Assembly: GCA_965215265.1 (NCBI GenBank)
Contig: OZ244048.1
Coordinates: 1,728,001 to 1,792,000 of the forward strand
Reading direction: 5' to 3'
Source: Candidatus Poribacteria bacterium
GTDB taxonomy: Bacteria; Poribacteria; WGA-4E; WGA-3G
Length of the DNA stretch: 64,000 nt
How positions within the stretch are numbered: the stretch's first letter is position 1; each line of letters opens with the position of its first letter. Below the pieces are notes generated by a model that saw only the letters and a list, made by a program, of their open reading frames with translations, did no database searches and was not told where the DNA came from. Of this stretch, positions 47,790-58,612 are shown piece after piece. Both the position numbers and the translations under genes were made by a program.

Positions 47790-49077
47790 TTTGCGTTACA
47801 CCGCCCATATACGGTTGCAGCACTGCGGGTACTCGCACGCTGCCGTCCGGGTTCTGATACGTCTCGAGAAGTGCGATGACGACGCGCGGTAAGGCTGTCC
47901 CGGAGGCATTCAGTGTATGAATGAACTCTAGCTTTGCGCCGGCCTTTCTACGGAATCGGATGTTGGTGCGCCGCGCCTGGAATGCTTCAAAGTTACTACA
48001 AGAAGAGACCTCTAAAAACCGCTGCGCTGCAGGTGCCCAGACTTCAATATCGTAGCATTTAGCAGCGGCAAAGGAGAGCTCCACCGTGCAATGTTGTACC
48101 ACGCGGTAAGCCAATCCGAGGGCTTGGAGGACGCTCTCCGCATTGGCAAGGAGTGATTCGTGCTCTGCATAGGAGGTTTCAGGGGTAGTGAACTTGACCA
48201 TCTCTACCTTATCAAACTGATGGACGCGTTGTAAGCCGCGCGTGTCCCTCCCGTAAGCACCTGCTTCGCGTCGGAAACAGGGAGTATAGGCAGTGTAGTA
48301 GATGGGCAAGTCATCAGCACTCAAAATCTCACCAGCGAGGAGATTCGTAACCGGGACTTCCGCTGTCGGAATTAGGAACAAGTCGCTGTCGGGGTTCTGT
48401 TCGTCCCGGTCGCATCGGTACATATCCGACTCAAATTTCGGGAGTTGTCCTGTGCCTGTCATTGTCGGACGGTTTGCCAAGAAAGGCGGCGAGACCTCGG
48501 TGTATCCGTGCCGCGTAGTGTGCAGATCCAACATGAAATTGATTAAGGCACGTTCCAGTCTCGCACCTAAACCTTTAAAAAGAAGGAAGTTGCTACCGGA
48601 CACTTTTGCAGCGCGTTGAAAATCGACAATATCCAATTTTTCAGCGACTTCCCAGTGGGGTTTCAATTCAAAATCGAATTTTGGCAGTTCGCCCCAAGTT
48701 TTGATTTCAGTGTTGTCCGCTTCGCTGGTGCCGATAGGGGTACTTGCCTCCGGCATGTTTGGGATTGTCAGCAGTATTCCATCGATGTCGGTTTTCGTCT
48801 GGTTAGTTTCCAGCGTAAGTTTTTTTATTTTTTGGGATAGTTCGCGCATCTCCGCGATAGTTTCTGTTGCATCTTCATTCGCCTTTTTGCGCGCGGCGAT
48901 CTGCTGAGAAACAGTATTCTGGTGTGCTTTCAGGTTTTGAGTCTCCGTCAAATTTTTGCGCCACCGCGTATCTAATTCAAGCAGCCGGTTTAAGTCCGAG
49001 AGTGCATCACTCTGTCTATGGTGTAGCATCTGTCTAACAGCTTCACTATTTTCGCGAATAAATTTCAGGTCTAACAT
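47782..49077 (-). CDS. serS: Serine--tRNA ligase
   Basis: MLDLKFIR, LIPTAEVP, FRREAG, HQFDKVE, EVSSCSN, HTLNASG. Confidence 0.98.
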   Translation of the reverse strand: MLDLKFIRENSEAVRQMLHHRQSDALSDLNRLLELDTRWRKNLTETQNLKAHQNTVSQQIAARKKANEDATETIAEMRELSQKIKKLTLETNQTKTDIDGILLTIPNMPEASTPIGTSEADNTEIKTWGELPKFDFELKPHWEVAEKLDIVDFQRAAKVSGSNFLLFKGLGARLERALINFMLDLHTTRHGYTEVSPPFLANRPTMTGTGQLPKFESDMYRCDRDEQNPDSDLFLIPTAEVPVTNLLAGEILSADDLPIYYTAYTPCFRREAGAYGRDTRGLQRVHQFDKVEMVKFTTPETSYAEHESLLANAESVLQALGLAYRVVQHCTVELSFAAAKCYDIEVWAPAAQRFLEVSSCSNFEAFQARRTNIRFRRKAGAKLEFIHTLNASGTALPRVVIALLETYQNPDGSVRVPAVLQPYMGGVTQIG

Positions 49078-49217
49078 TGGGATTCCCCTGCTCGCTTATG
49101 GGCGGGATTTGTAAACCCGCTGCGCATGATGATAGCTAATTATTATCGGATATAGCAACAAGAAAAGCCACAGAATTTTTAGCAATTGCTGTGACTTTGA
49201 TGCGTCTGGAAAAAAAA

Positions 49218-49292
49218 CGGGCCCGACGGGACTTGAACCCGCGACCTCCTGCGTGACAGGCAGGCGCGCTAAACCAACTGCGCCACGAGCCC
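49218..49292 (-). tRNA. tRNA-Asp(GTC)
   Basis: GGGCTCG/CGGGCCC acceptor stem, CTGTCAC anticodon loop, GGTTCAAGTCC T arm. Confidence 0.95.
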
Positions 49293-49389
49293 CGAAGAAA
49301 TATTTAGGCAACGGATAGGTGAACTGCACATCTGCTTGTGAGAACCGCCGTATCTGATAATTGGAACCGATGTAGTGCTTTGTCAAAAA

Positions 49390-49464
49390 CGGGCCCGACG
49401 GGACTTGAACCCGCGACCTCCTGCGTGACAGGCAGGCGCGCTAAACCAACTGCGCCACGAGCCC
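49390..49464 (-). tRNA. tRNA-Asp(GTC), identical second copy
   Basis: Identical to 49218-49292. Confidence 0.95.
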
Positions 49465-49519
49465 TCAAATGCTTGTGTAACCGGAAACACGCTAAACGCC
49501 ATCTCCGCTACCTAACAGG

Positions 49520-49593
49520 TAGGCGGGACAGGACTTGAACCTGTGACCTACAGCTTGTAAGGCTGTCGCTCTAGCCACCTGAGCTACCCGCCC
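49520..49593 (-). tRNA. tRNA-Val(TAC)
   Basis: GGGCGGGTAGCTCAG...CTTACAA...GGTTCAAGTCCTGTCCCGCCTA. Confidence 0.95.
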
Positions 49594-49711
49594 AAAAGGA
49601 GATTTCGGAAAACCTCAAGGACGTTATTAAGTATACCACAAAATTTGACAGTTGTCAAGAAAAATTAACTTTTTTCAAAAAAATATTGTTTTTTAAATAG
49701 TACACTGGCGG

Positions 49712-50416
49712 TTATTTGCGTGGTGCATCATTGCCACGATACGAACGTTCACCACGGACGAGAACCTTCTTCGGGTTATCCGCTGGTGCGAGTTCATCCG
49801 CACTGTGATAGCCGAGTGTCATGCTCATCCGGGTACCGTCCGTGCGATTGATGCCTGCAGAGTGGATGAGCATACTGTCAATAGCAAGCAGACCGCCGGC
49901 CGGCATAGGTAGCGGGATTGCTTGCCCGGCGGCAATCTTCTGGATGTCGTCATCTTTTAAGTTGGCGAAAGCCGGAAGGTGATGCGACCCGGGCACAACG
50001 CGCGTGCAACCGTTTTCCAAATGCGTCTCTTCCAAGTAGACCAGGACGGTGGCGATGGTCCGAGACCAGTGGCGGACATCGCGATGCAATTCGAGCGAAT
50101 GGGTTGAACCGGCATCGCGGAGGTAGATGTGATTATGGCGGTTAAGCACGTACTCTATATTTTTCCCCAATAATGATTCCAGAGGGTCTAGGATTTCAGC
50201 GGAGGTTATTGTTTCTCGGAATATACCGCCGCGCTCCCAAATTGCAGAAATTCGGATGATCCTGTCGCCTTGACGGGCAACAGGTTCAACCGATTCCGCC
50301 ATATCTTTCAATGCTGCAGCCTTGATGGCATCAACCTGGGCAGCGGAAACTTGCGTTGGGAATTTGATGAACCCGTTGTGACGGAAGAGTTGAATTTCTT
50401 GAGATGTGAGTCTCAT
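49712..50416 (-). CDS. PhyH family dioxygenase
   Basis: FRHNGF, LHRD, ENGCTRVVPGSH, HSAGIN. Confidence 0.9.
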   Translation of the reverse strand: MRLTSQEIQLFRHNGFIKFPTQVSAAQVDAIKAAALKDMAESVEPVARQGDRIIRISAIWERGGIFRETITSAEILDPLESLLGKNIEYVLNRHNHIYLRDAGSTHSLELHRDVRHWSRTIATVLVYLEETHLENGCTRVVPGSHHLPAFANLKDDDIQKIAAGQAIPLPMPAGGLLAIDSMLIHSAGINRTDGTRMSMTLGYHSADELAPADNPKKVLVRGERSYRGNDAPRK

Positions 50417-50810
50417 CGGTTTACCTTGTTTGTGACGCTGGATGCTGGTATTGTGTTTAAATGACTTATTTTAGCATAGATTTTAAAAGTGTGTCAACAG
50501 AAAATTCTTTTTTTCAGAATCCACGGACATCCGGGTCAGTTTAACCGCCTAAATCCCCTTATCAGACGGAATCTTACCCATAAATTACCCCTGGGTTACC
50601 GCGATTAGGAGTTAGCTCCTACAAACAGCCGATCGACAGGCGATAAATCGCCCTAGTTCAAACAGATCTTTTTTGGAAGTAGCAGGAAGTCGGCCTCAGT
50701 GCGGTTCCATCCTCGTATTCGCGGGCTAATAAAAAATTGGTAACGAAACATGAGAATATTGCGTTTTATAAAGTATTACATCTTATTTAAACAGAAAGGA
50801 AGTGTAAAAC

Positions 50811-52211
50811 ATGAAACCGTTGCATTTCTTGCTTTTGGTGTTAGCCTTATTGATATCAGGATGTGCGGGGAGTTATAAAGAAGTATCAAAATTACACTAT
50901 GCGTATGCGACTGGAGAAAAACGTGCGACGCTAACAGAGTGGCGTGAACTGATTTCAGCGTTTGAAAACGTCATTCGTACCGATGAACAAGGTCCCTGGG
51001 CGGATGATGCCCAATACGGGATTGCGTCTTGTTGGATATGGCGCGCCAAGGGCGGGGAAGCAGAAGCCTTGCCGCAGGCGATGAAGACTTTGCAAACATT
51101 GATTCAACTGTATGGCGACTCGCCGTATGTACCGAATTCGCACTATTGGTTAGGACGGTGCTACGCGCATAGTGGACACAATTCCCAAGCGATTATGCAG
51201 TATCAACTTGTGATGAACCGTTATGCTCATACGGATGTGGCTGAGTATGCACGGCTAGAATTAGCACGTGCATACTCAAAACAAGGATACGTTTCCCGCG
51301 CCGAAACTCTCTATACGGCAGGAATTGAATCCGCAAAGAAACCGGAGATTGCGGCAGTAGCGGCCGAGGAGATGAAGCGGCTCCTTGCACAGCAGGCACA
51401 AAGCAGACCAGGTTCCAGGACGCGTGGCTCTAAAAAGCGACCGGTGAAGCAGCCCGCTCAGACCTCTGTAAAAAAGAACGTTCCGAAGTTAGACACAGTT
51501 TCCCCAGAATCGTTAACACGCGATCTAGGTTTAACTGCGAAGACAATTGTCATCGACGCAGGACACGGCGGGAAAGACCCGGGTGCCTTAGGGATGCAGG
51601 GCAATCAGGAAAAACTCGTTGCACTTAGCATCTCGAAAAAGTTGCGACAGAGCTTAGTTAAAAGAGGCTACAAGGTGCTGCTGACGCGCGACACCAACAG
51701 GTTTATTCCGCTAAAAGAACGGACGGCATTTGCGACACAGCACAAGGCGGATTTATTCATCAGCATCCACGCCAACGCCAGTAAGAATCCTGAAGCGAAA
51801 GGAATTGAAACCTACTATTTAGATGTTAAGAGTACAGATAAAGCCGCGGAACGGATAGCAGCACGCGAAAACGCAGACTCCGGCTATAGCATTCAAGAAC
51901 TCAATAAACTGTTAGAGGGTTTGGTTATGGAGAGTAAAAGTGCGGACAGTCAAAGACTTGCGACACAAGTGCAGCAGGAATTGGTGAAAGCGACAGGGGC
52001 TGTCAACCGCGGTGTCAAACATGCACGCTTTGTGGTGCTTATTGGCACGAGAGTACCGGCTATCTTGATTGAAACTGGTTTTATGACGCATTCAACGGAA
52101 GGGAAACGTCTCACGACGACAGCGTATCAACAGAAAATTGCAACTGCAATTGCCATCGGGATTGACAAGTTTTTGAAGCAAACTTCCGCTAACCAACTCG
52201 CACAAAAATAG
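50811..52211 (+). CDS. Lipoprotein N-acetylmuramoyl-L-alanine amidase with N-terminal TPR region
   Basis: Lipobox ISGC; IDAGHGGKDPG, FISIHAN, ILIETGF. Confidence 0.92.
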   Translation: MKPLHFLLLVLALLISGCAGSYKEVSKLHYAYATGEKRATLTEWRELISAFENVIRTDEQGPWADDAQYGIASCWIWRAKGGEAEALPQAMKTLQTLIQLYGDSPYVPNSHYWLGRCYAHSGHNSQAIMQYQLVMNRYAHTDVAEYARLELARAYSKQGYVSRAETLYTAGIESAKKPEIAAVAAEEMKRLLAQQAQSRPGSRTRGSKKRPVKQPAQTSVKKNVPKLDTVSPESLTRDLGLTAKTIVIDAGHGGKDPGALGMQGNQEKLVALSISKKLRQSLVKRGYKVLLTRDTNRFIPLKERTAFATQHKADLFISIHANASKNPEAKGIETYYLDVKSTDKAAERIAARENADSGYSIQELNKLLEGLVMESKSADSQRLATQVQQELVKATGAVNRGVKHARFVVLIGTRVPAILIETGFMTHSTEGKRLTTTAYQQKIATAIAIGIDKFLKQTSANQLAQK

Positions 52212-52272
52212 ATATCGGCCAGACTCATAACGCAAGTGTGCCAATTCGCACCTTCTAAAGGAGAAAGCAGCT

Positions 52273-54276
52273 ATGCTTTTCAAACAGGATGCTCGCCCCA
52301 TCTTGAATCAGAAGTCTTTTCAAAACTTTAGACACTGTATCACACTCTTTTTCTTTATTTTCTCTACGTTTCTCTATAGTCGTGCGTCCACAGTTTTTGC
52401 ACAAGCAGCGGATATCGGGATTATCTTACCGCAGTCGGATGTGAGTTATGCACGTTCTGTTAGTAAACGACTGACGCGGCTGTTGAACAGTATCGGGCTG
52501 GCTGCGGATACCTATGAAGAAGCCTCTATTTCAGAGCAACACCTGAAACGGTTGGTTGTTTTGCCGCTGAACACAGAAGTATCGACAAAGACTGCTAACC
52601 TCCTGACAGATTTCGTGGGGCGCGGAGGCAAACTGTTGGTAACGTACGGGCTTGCAGATGAAGTAGCGGACCTTCTTGCTTTGCGCAAAACCGGATGGCT
52701 CAAGGAGGAGGAAGCAGGACAGTTTGCTGCTGTGCATCTAAACGCACCGGAGATATCGGGCATACCGTCATCTGTCCGGCAGGCATCGTGGAACATTACG
52801 CTGGCTGAGCCAACTGCACCGCAAACTAAAATTATCGGTTATTGGCATACTGAGAGCGGTGAATCCACTGGCTATCCTGCGCTGTTCGTCGGGGGAGGCG
52901 GGGCATTCTTCAGTCACATTTTTCTCTCGGACGACATTGAGACAAAAAAGCGGTTACTCGCTGCACTGTTGGGACACTTAGTGCCTGAATTTCGGCGTGC
53001 GATTGCCGAACACGCCGTGGATAATGTCACTACGATTGGACACACAAAAGATAGTGAGGCTTTGAGGCAATTTGTTGTACTGCACGGGGTGCCGGAGGCA
53101 CGCGAAGCGTTAAAAATCGGGCAGGATTTGGTTCAGCACGCACGAGATGCTTATGCACGTTCGGAATATGAGACAGCGATATCCACAATCCGCGCAGGAC
53201 GTGACGTGCTTTCAAGAGCCTACTCTCTGTCGCAGACGAGCGTTGCAACGGAGGGACGCGCCGTCTGGAATCATTCTGGACTTGGCGCGTATCCGGGGGA
53301 TTGGGAACGCTCGGCGCAGGAATTAGCAGCGGCAGGCGTGAACATGATTCTGCCGAATATGGCGTGGGGCGGCATCGCACATTACCGTAGCGAATTTCTG
53401 CCACCTAGTGAGAAGTTTGCACAATACGGAGACCAGATTGAACAGTGTGTTAAGGCAGCACACCGGCACGGATTAGAGGTGCATATCTGGAAAATTACGT
53501 GGAATCTGGAAGGTGCACCCACTGAATTCCAAGAAAAAATGAGAAAGACTGGACGCACACAAGTCTCTGCGAAGGGCGAACAGCTTAATTGGCTTTGTCC
53601 ATCCCAACCTGAAAATGTTCAGTTGGAGTTAAGCAGTTTGCTGGAAATCGTGAAGAATTACGATATAGATGGCATCCATCTTGACTATATCCGTTATCCG
53701 GGTTCGCATGCGTGCTATTGTCAGCAGTGCCGTAAAAGGTTTATCGTCGCCACAAAAAAGCAGGTGAACGAATGGCCGGCAGCGGTGTTGCCAGGGACCG
53801 GAAAGTACGGTGCTGAGTATACTACTTGGCGGACAGAGCAGATAACCCGGTTGGTCCGGATGCTCCACAAACGTGCACGTGCTGTGAAGCATGACATCAA
53901 AATCTCCGCCGCGGTCTTCGGGGGCTATCCAGCGTGTGTCTCATCAATTGGTCAGGATTGGGTTGCGTGGGCCAAAGCAGGCTACCTCGATTTTGTCTGC
54001 CCGATGAACTATACAGAGGAAATGAGTTATTTCACCGAGTTGTTAGAGAACCAACTCGCTTTGCTGCCGCAAGGGGTTGCTATCTACCCCGGCATCGGCG
54101 CGACTGCCTCTAATTCCATACTCACAGCGGATAGCGTGGTAGGTCAAATTTACCTCGCGCGCTACTTAGGGGCTGCCGGATGGACGATTTTTGACTATTC
54201 GGCTGATATTTCCCACTCTGTTCTGCCTGCCATCGCGATGGGGCTCGGAACACGAAAAGCAGTACCACCCCACTAA
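52273..54276 (+). CDS. GHL10-like glycoside hydrolase
   Basis: AHRHGLEVHIW, LCPSQPE, DGIHLDYIRYP, QDWVAW...PMNY. Confidence 0.85.
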   Translation: MLFKQDARPILNQKSFQNFRHCITLFFFIFSTFLYSRASTVFAQAADIGIILPQSDVSYARSVSKRLTRLLNSIGLAADTYEEASISEQHLKRLVVLPLNTEVSTKTANLLTDFVGRGGKLLVTYGLADEVADLLALRKTGWLKEEEAGQFAAVHLNAPEISGIPSSVRQASWNITLAEPTAPQTKIIGYWHTESGESTGYPALFVGGGGAFFSHIFLSDDIETKKRLLAALLGHLVPEFRRAIAEHAVDNVTTIGHTKDSEALRQFVVLHGVPEAREALKIGQDLVQHARDAYARSEYETAISTIRAGRDVLSRAYSLSQTSVATEGRAVWNHSGLGAYPGDWERSAQELAAAGVNMILPNMAWGGIAHYRSEFLPPSEKFAQYGDQIEQCVKAAHRHGLEVHIWKITWNLEGAPTEFQEKMRKTGRTQVSAKGEQLNWLCPSQPENVQLELSSLLEIVKNYDIDGIHLDYIRYPGSHACYCQQCRKRFIVATKKQVNEWPAAVLPGTGKYGAEYTTWRTEQITRLVRMLHKRARAVKHDIKISAAVFGGYPACVSSIGQDWVAWAKAGYLDFVCPMNYTEEMSYFTELLENQLALLPQGVAIYPGIGATASNSILTADSVVGQIYLARYLGAAGWTIFDYSADISHSVLPAIAMGLGTRKAVPPH

Positions 54277-54986
54277 TTTTGAACACAGCACAAAATATCA
54301 TATAGATTTGAGACTGAGTAGGCTGGGCATCCGTCCCCCATTTTCGGTATCAACACATCTGATTGTCTATTGATGAAAACGCTTGTCATGCCTACACGGT
54401 TGGCACCAATGATGTCGTTTTGAATAGAATCACCGACAAACACAGTTTCTTCCGGTAAAACGTCAGCACATTCACAAGCCGATTTGAAGATTTTGATATT
54501 CGGTTTTCTGACACCCACCTCATCAGAAATCGTCAGCGAATCAATACGTTCGCTGAGTCCAAGGTGTTTGACTTTAGAAAGTTGACTGTCAGGATGTTTA
54601 TCGTGTGCACCGTTTGTAATGATACCGACATGGTATGTGCGTAACTCCTCAAGCACCGTAACATCTTCGTAAAGACGTAAACGCGTGAGGTAGTGGAAAC
54701 TGAGAAAGTCGTTGAATTCTTCTATAATTTTACCTGTGGACAAACATAGTTCTTTGAATACATACTGGAAACGTAAGTCTCTCACTTCTGCCATGGAGAG
54801 CTTCCCGGCGTTGAGTTGCTGAAAAAGTAGCTGATGAACTGTTGTCCATGCCCTTGTAAGATCTTCTTCCGAAACCTCAGGCTTCTGCTTGCATAAAAAC
54901 TGAAATGTCTCTCTTTTTGCGATGCCCCATGCTGTATCGGAGTCGCAGAGCGTTCCATCAAGGTCAAAGAATACTGCCTTAATCAT
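54273..54986 (-). CDS. HAD family hydrolase
   Basis: FDLDGTL, ITNG, KP...F, VGDS..NDI.GA. Confidence 0.93.
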   Translation of the reverse strand: MIKAVFFDLDGTLCDSDTAWGIAKRETFQFLCKQKPEVSEEDLTRAWTTVHQLLFQQLNAGKLSMAEVRDLRFQYVFKELCLSTGKIIEEFNDFLSFHYLTRLRLYEDVTVLEELRTYHVGIITNGAHDKHPDSQLSKVKHLGLSERIDSLTISDEVGVRKPNIKIFKSACECADVLPEETVFVGDSIQNDIIGANRVGMTSVFINRQSDVLIPKMGDGCPAYSVSNLYDILCCVQN

Positions 54987-55578
54987 CGCAACACCTTAGG
55001 GATCATAATCTAGTGAGGCTCCGACGAGATTTTTCGTATAGTGCAGCCCGCAACAAGGCTGCTGCAATGTTAAACCCTTTACAAATCTCGCCAGTGGGTT
55101 CTGAGTCATCGTTTTAATTTTTCCAATCAATTCGCAGTAGACACAACTCATATTAACACATCCACTGCTATTTAATCAAAAAATAAACAAAAGTGAACAT
55201 ACATTCCTCGTTTTGTGTCCAAAACAGGGATAAACCTGTAATCTGAACCGCCTCGGTTTTGACAGCGTCAAAAAAATTGGACAAAATGCACCCCTTGTGG
55301 TATCCTTTTATAATAAACTTGTAGACAGGATTTTCACCGCAAAGGATTTGGGTGGGTGTCCTGTCCGTTGAAAAACAAACGGGCATAATGAAAATAGCAC
55401 TGCTGTCGGATTCTCTCAATGCCATGGATTTCCATGACTCCTCATCCAGACAGCAGGCTGACAGCCCAAAATCGGTTGACATCGCTCTGGAAACTCTCGG
55501 TTGAGACATAGCAGCGCCAAAGAAAAGCCGTGTCTGGTTTCCTTTAGCGAAAGCCGGCACCTGAAAGGAGAACACATA

Positions 55579-57042
55579 ATGAAACGTCACAAAACGCAGG
55601 TGCCAGAGATTCTCGCCAGCCGTTTTTTTCACATCTCCTGCCTTGTGTGCATCCTAGCACTCGGCGGCCTCTACCTATATACACAATGGGAGCTTGGTCG
55701 CCTGGCTGAACAACGCCCACCGGCTCTAGAGAAGGACCAGGAATCCATGGGCGAAGAGACGGTGCCCGACACCCGCGAAGAAATGCCACGCTGGCAAATG
55801 GAGCAAGCGAAGCGCCGAGCCGAACAAGCACGCATCGTTGAAAAATGGCGTGCCCGCGGCGAAGCCCTCGGGCTTTTTGATGAACAGGACTTCGGTTGGT
55901 TCGCAAGGCTTGCTGAAGACGCAGAGCTGCGCGGCATTGATCCGGAAAAACTCTGGCGTGTTGATGAGTTACTCGGACAGTGTCAAGGGGGTAAAATATC
56001 CTTCGCCTCGTATGAAGAACAAGCGGTTGCCATTCTCACAGAGGGGATGGATGCACTGACGGCCGCGAAGTATCTCGAACAATACTTTCCCGGTGTGCAT
56101 GAGGAACAAGTCAAAGAACTGGCGAACCAAGCGATGCGTGAGAACCCCGGTGACTTTGAGACGCTGTTCCTCTGGGCGAAATACCTGCCATACGACCCAT
56201 TTGGGGAGAACCCAGAACGGGTCATCGCCTACCGCAAACTCGTTGAAATGCGCCCAAACTCGGTGGACGCGCTGTATCACTTGGGTAATGTCCTGATGTG
56301 GTTTTCCCCTGCAGAAGCACTTGAAATGTTTAAGCGTGCGAACAAACTCAAGCCTCAAAGAGGGATACTCTTAGATATGGGCTTTGCCTACGAAAGGTTA
56401 GCCGACTACGATGCCGCGATGGATGTCTATTCAAAAGCGATTGAACAGAGAAGGCAGATAGAAGAGGCGCAAGGGCACCCCATACACGAACATCGGTTAG
56501 CAAAGGCTTTTTTTGAAGGTCTCAAAGCAGGGACACCACGTGTTCCACCGCTAGCGAGCACCATTTCAGACATAGGTGCCGCCGCGAAGGCAACTGAAAC
56601 CTTCGCCCGAGAAACCCTCCCGCAAGGCCCGCCCGAAACGGTAGACGCGCCCTTTGAAACAGTTGGGGCGGCGGAAATACCGCCTCCCCCCGCACCTGGG
56701 TTCAGCGAGGGAGAACGCGCCGACATCGCTCAATACCTCACCGAGATGAACGATGCCCAATACGCGGAACTCAAGCAGTTCCTCAAAGCCGAAATCCCCG
56801 AACTCTTCGAGTTTTTGGAATCGTCAACGGTTAGCTTAGAAAGCACGGAAATCCCCGAAACCTTGAACCTGCCAGACGCACGCCAAGGCGGAGTTTCCGA
56901 TACATCCTCCCCGCAAGCCGGGCTCGCTCGCAGCTTGCAGCAACTCCGTGCGGACTCCCCGGAACTCGCCGCGCAAGTCGAAAGGCACCTCCGCCGCCGC
57001 ATGCCAAAACGCCAACACCCACAAGAAAGGAGCAACCAATGA
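55579..57042 (+). CDS. Membrane-anchored TPR protein
   Basis: AAGGAG RBS; one TM segment; TPR-like helices (DALYHLG, LDMGFAYERL); Pro-rich linker. Confidence 0.7.
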   Translation: MKRHKTQVPEILASRFFHISCLVCILALGGLYLYTQWELGRLAEQRPPALEKDQESMGEETVPDTREEMPRWQMEQAKRRAEQARIVEKWRARGEALGLFDEQDFGWFARLAEDAELRGIDPEKLWRVDELLGQCQGGKISFASYEEQAVAILTEGMDALTAAKYLEQYFPGVHEEQVKELANQAMRENPGDFETLFLWAKYLPYDPFGENPERVIAYRKLVEMRPNSVDALYHLGNVLMWFSPAEALEMFKRANKLKPQRGILLDMGFAYERLADYDAAMDVYSKAIEQRRQIEEAQGHPIHEHRLAKAFFEGLKAGTPRVPPLASTISDIGAAAKATETFARETLPQGPPETVDAPFETVGAAEIPPPPAPGFSEGERADIAQYLTEMNDAQYAELKQFLKAEIPELFEFLESSTVSLESTEIPETLNLPDARQGGVSDTSSPQAGLARSLQQLRADSPELAAQVERHLRRRMPKRQHPQERSNQ

Positions 57043-57437
57043 AACTCTCAGCACTCAGCCTGATTTTTTTCACGTCGATGTTAATCCATACTGCCCCTCA
57101 CGCCGCCGCAAACATCAGTCTGGCTAGCACTGCACCCCTTAATAATTGGTATCCGCAGGGCGGTTCACATAGCAACACCGTCGCCCTCACCTTCAACATC
57201 CAAAATCCGGCCCGGAAAGGGCGTGTCAACTTTCGCCTCGAAAATACCACAAACTGGAAAGGTTACTGCACCAACATAGGTACACAGACAGGCCCCGACC
57301 TGCAGCTGCTCTCTGGAGATCAGATCCCTAGGCAGGAAAGGCAACCAAACATACCGGGATGCTGTTTTTGTATATTTCAGCCCCATCAACGCTTAGGTAT
57401 CGACAGCCCGTGTGAAAATCTCGTCGGAGCCTCTTGA
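57039..57437 (+). pseudogene. Secreted protein N-terminus, probably truncated; 3' end runs into a palindromic repeat element
   Basis: AAGGAG RBS, ATGA coupling, signal peptide; last ~24 codons come from the repeat at 57365-57432. Confidence 0.5.
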
Positions 57438-57690
57438 TGTTTAGTCTCTAAATTAAACCCTCCTTCTCCAACTCCGATACACAGACAATCGGGCATGAGA
57501 TTGGGCATCACCCGCTGCGTCACTATAGTTGAGTGTGAGTGCCAGGTCATCCGCGGCATGTAAGATCTTAGATTCGGGTTGGGCCCCAATTTATCAATGA
57601 GTGCCGCTTCTAATAAATCAAACTTTTCGTCTAAATTCGGGACATTTGTTTGACTCAGTTCGTGAGTTAACTCATTTAGTTCATCAACCG

Positions 57691-57939
57691 TCAAGCCGCC
57701 ATAACGCTCAGGTTCGTTACCGCCTCCCGCTTCTGCCTTCTCCGTATTTCCATCCCCATGAGTGTGATTTCCTGCATGGTTACATCCTGTGTTTTCGCTA
57801 AAGGATTTGGGTGGGCGGGCGCCCCTGCATTCAAAGCATCATCTTCTTCAATGGCGACAGTAAAGTTCGCAATTGCCATGTACGTCATTAGCATCATTAA
57901 TCTTAGTGCGTTGAATTTGCGCCACGTAATACGCTTCAT
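57691..57939 (-). CDS. Hypothetical small protein (overlaps a second small ORF, 57386-57694)
   Basis: ORF only; no recognised motif. Confidence 0.3.
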   Translation of the reverse strand: MKRITWRKFNALRLMMLMTYMAIANFTVAIEEDDALNAGAPAHPNPLAKTQDVTMQEITLMGMEIRRRQKREAVTNLSVMAA

Positions 57940-58090
57940 TCCCCAATCCTTTTTGGTCCTGTTAAAGCAACTGTTGGGACCTCGTATCGTCTTCCTGAAT
58001 GGTACGGGTTCATGCTACATATAGAATAGGCTGCTTGCAACCGTGAGAATACAGAAGAAGAGACAAATGAGCAAAGCGATTAGGCACAAT

Positions 58091-58168
58091 TGTTGGTAGT
58101 AGGACGCGAGGTACACTGTTGGTAGTAGGACGCGAGGTACACTGTTGGTAGTAGGACGCGAGGTACAC
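58091..58168 (+). repeat. Perfect 26-bp tandem repeat x3
   Basis: TGTTGGTAGTAGGACGCGAGGTACAC x3, no spacers. Confidence 0.97.
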
Positions 58169-58612
58169 AGATTACTGGCCCGGTTAGCAGCTATACTTGG
58201 TATTCATCTCATACTTGAGAGGCTTATCTACGAGTTAAATTAAGGTGTAGCATACACCCATGCTAATATTTCAATCTCGTTATCGAGAGGCTTCTCGCAT
58301 GGATAATATATTACCATACTTTAACCAGAGAAATCAAGGAAAAATATAGGGGCATTTCATTTTCAACATTTTCTCATATTTTCGAAGGATGTCACGAGCC
58401 GGTGCTTAATCCTATAGCGGAGTCTTACGATTTAGCCCTCGTTCTTAACGGAGAACGAAATAGCCCTATAATAGGGGTTGATTTATAGCATGAAATTAAG
58501 TATAATATGAACAATCTGTGGGATTTTAGGTCAAAAACAGAGAGTAGCTCTTATCAACGACTTCTATAAACATGCCTTTTCAAATCAACAAGGCGAAGGA
58601 GATTTTCACGGA

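Noticed and set aside
49218-49464. Duplicated tRNA-Asp as attL/attR of an integrated element
   Set aside because: Both copies are full length, only ~97 bp apart, in an ordinary tRNA operon with no integrase.
50606-50654. Two short GTAG-type REP-like palindromes
   Set aside because: Too short and too few in this window to support a family or function.
55440-55575. Glycine-riboswitch-like leader
   Set aside because: Only loose resemblance (CTCTGGA..CGCCAAAG); the conserved GGAGA/CCGAAG/CTCTCAGG core is missing and the downstream gene is unrelated.
58091-58168. Possible CRISPR array
   Set aside because: The 26-bp units are directly adjacent with no spacers, and there are no cas genes.
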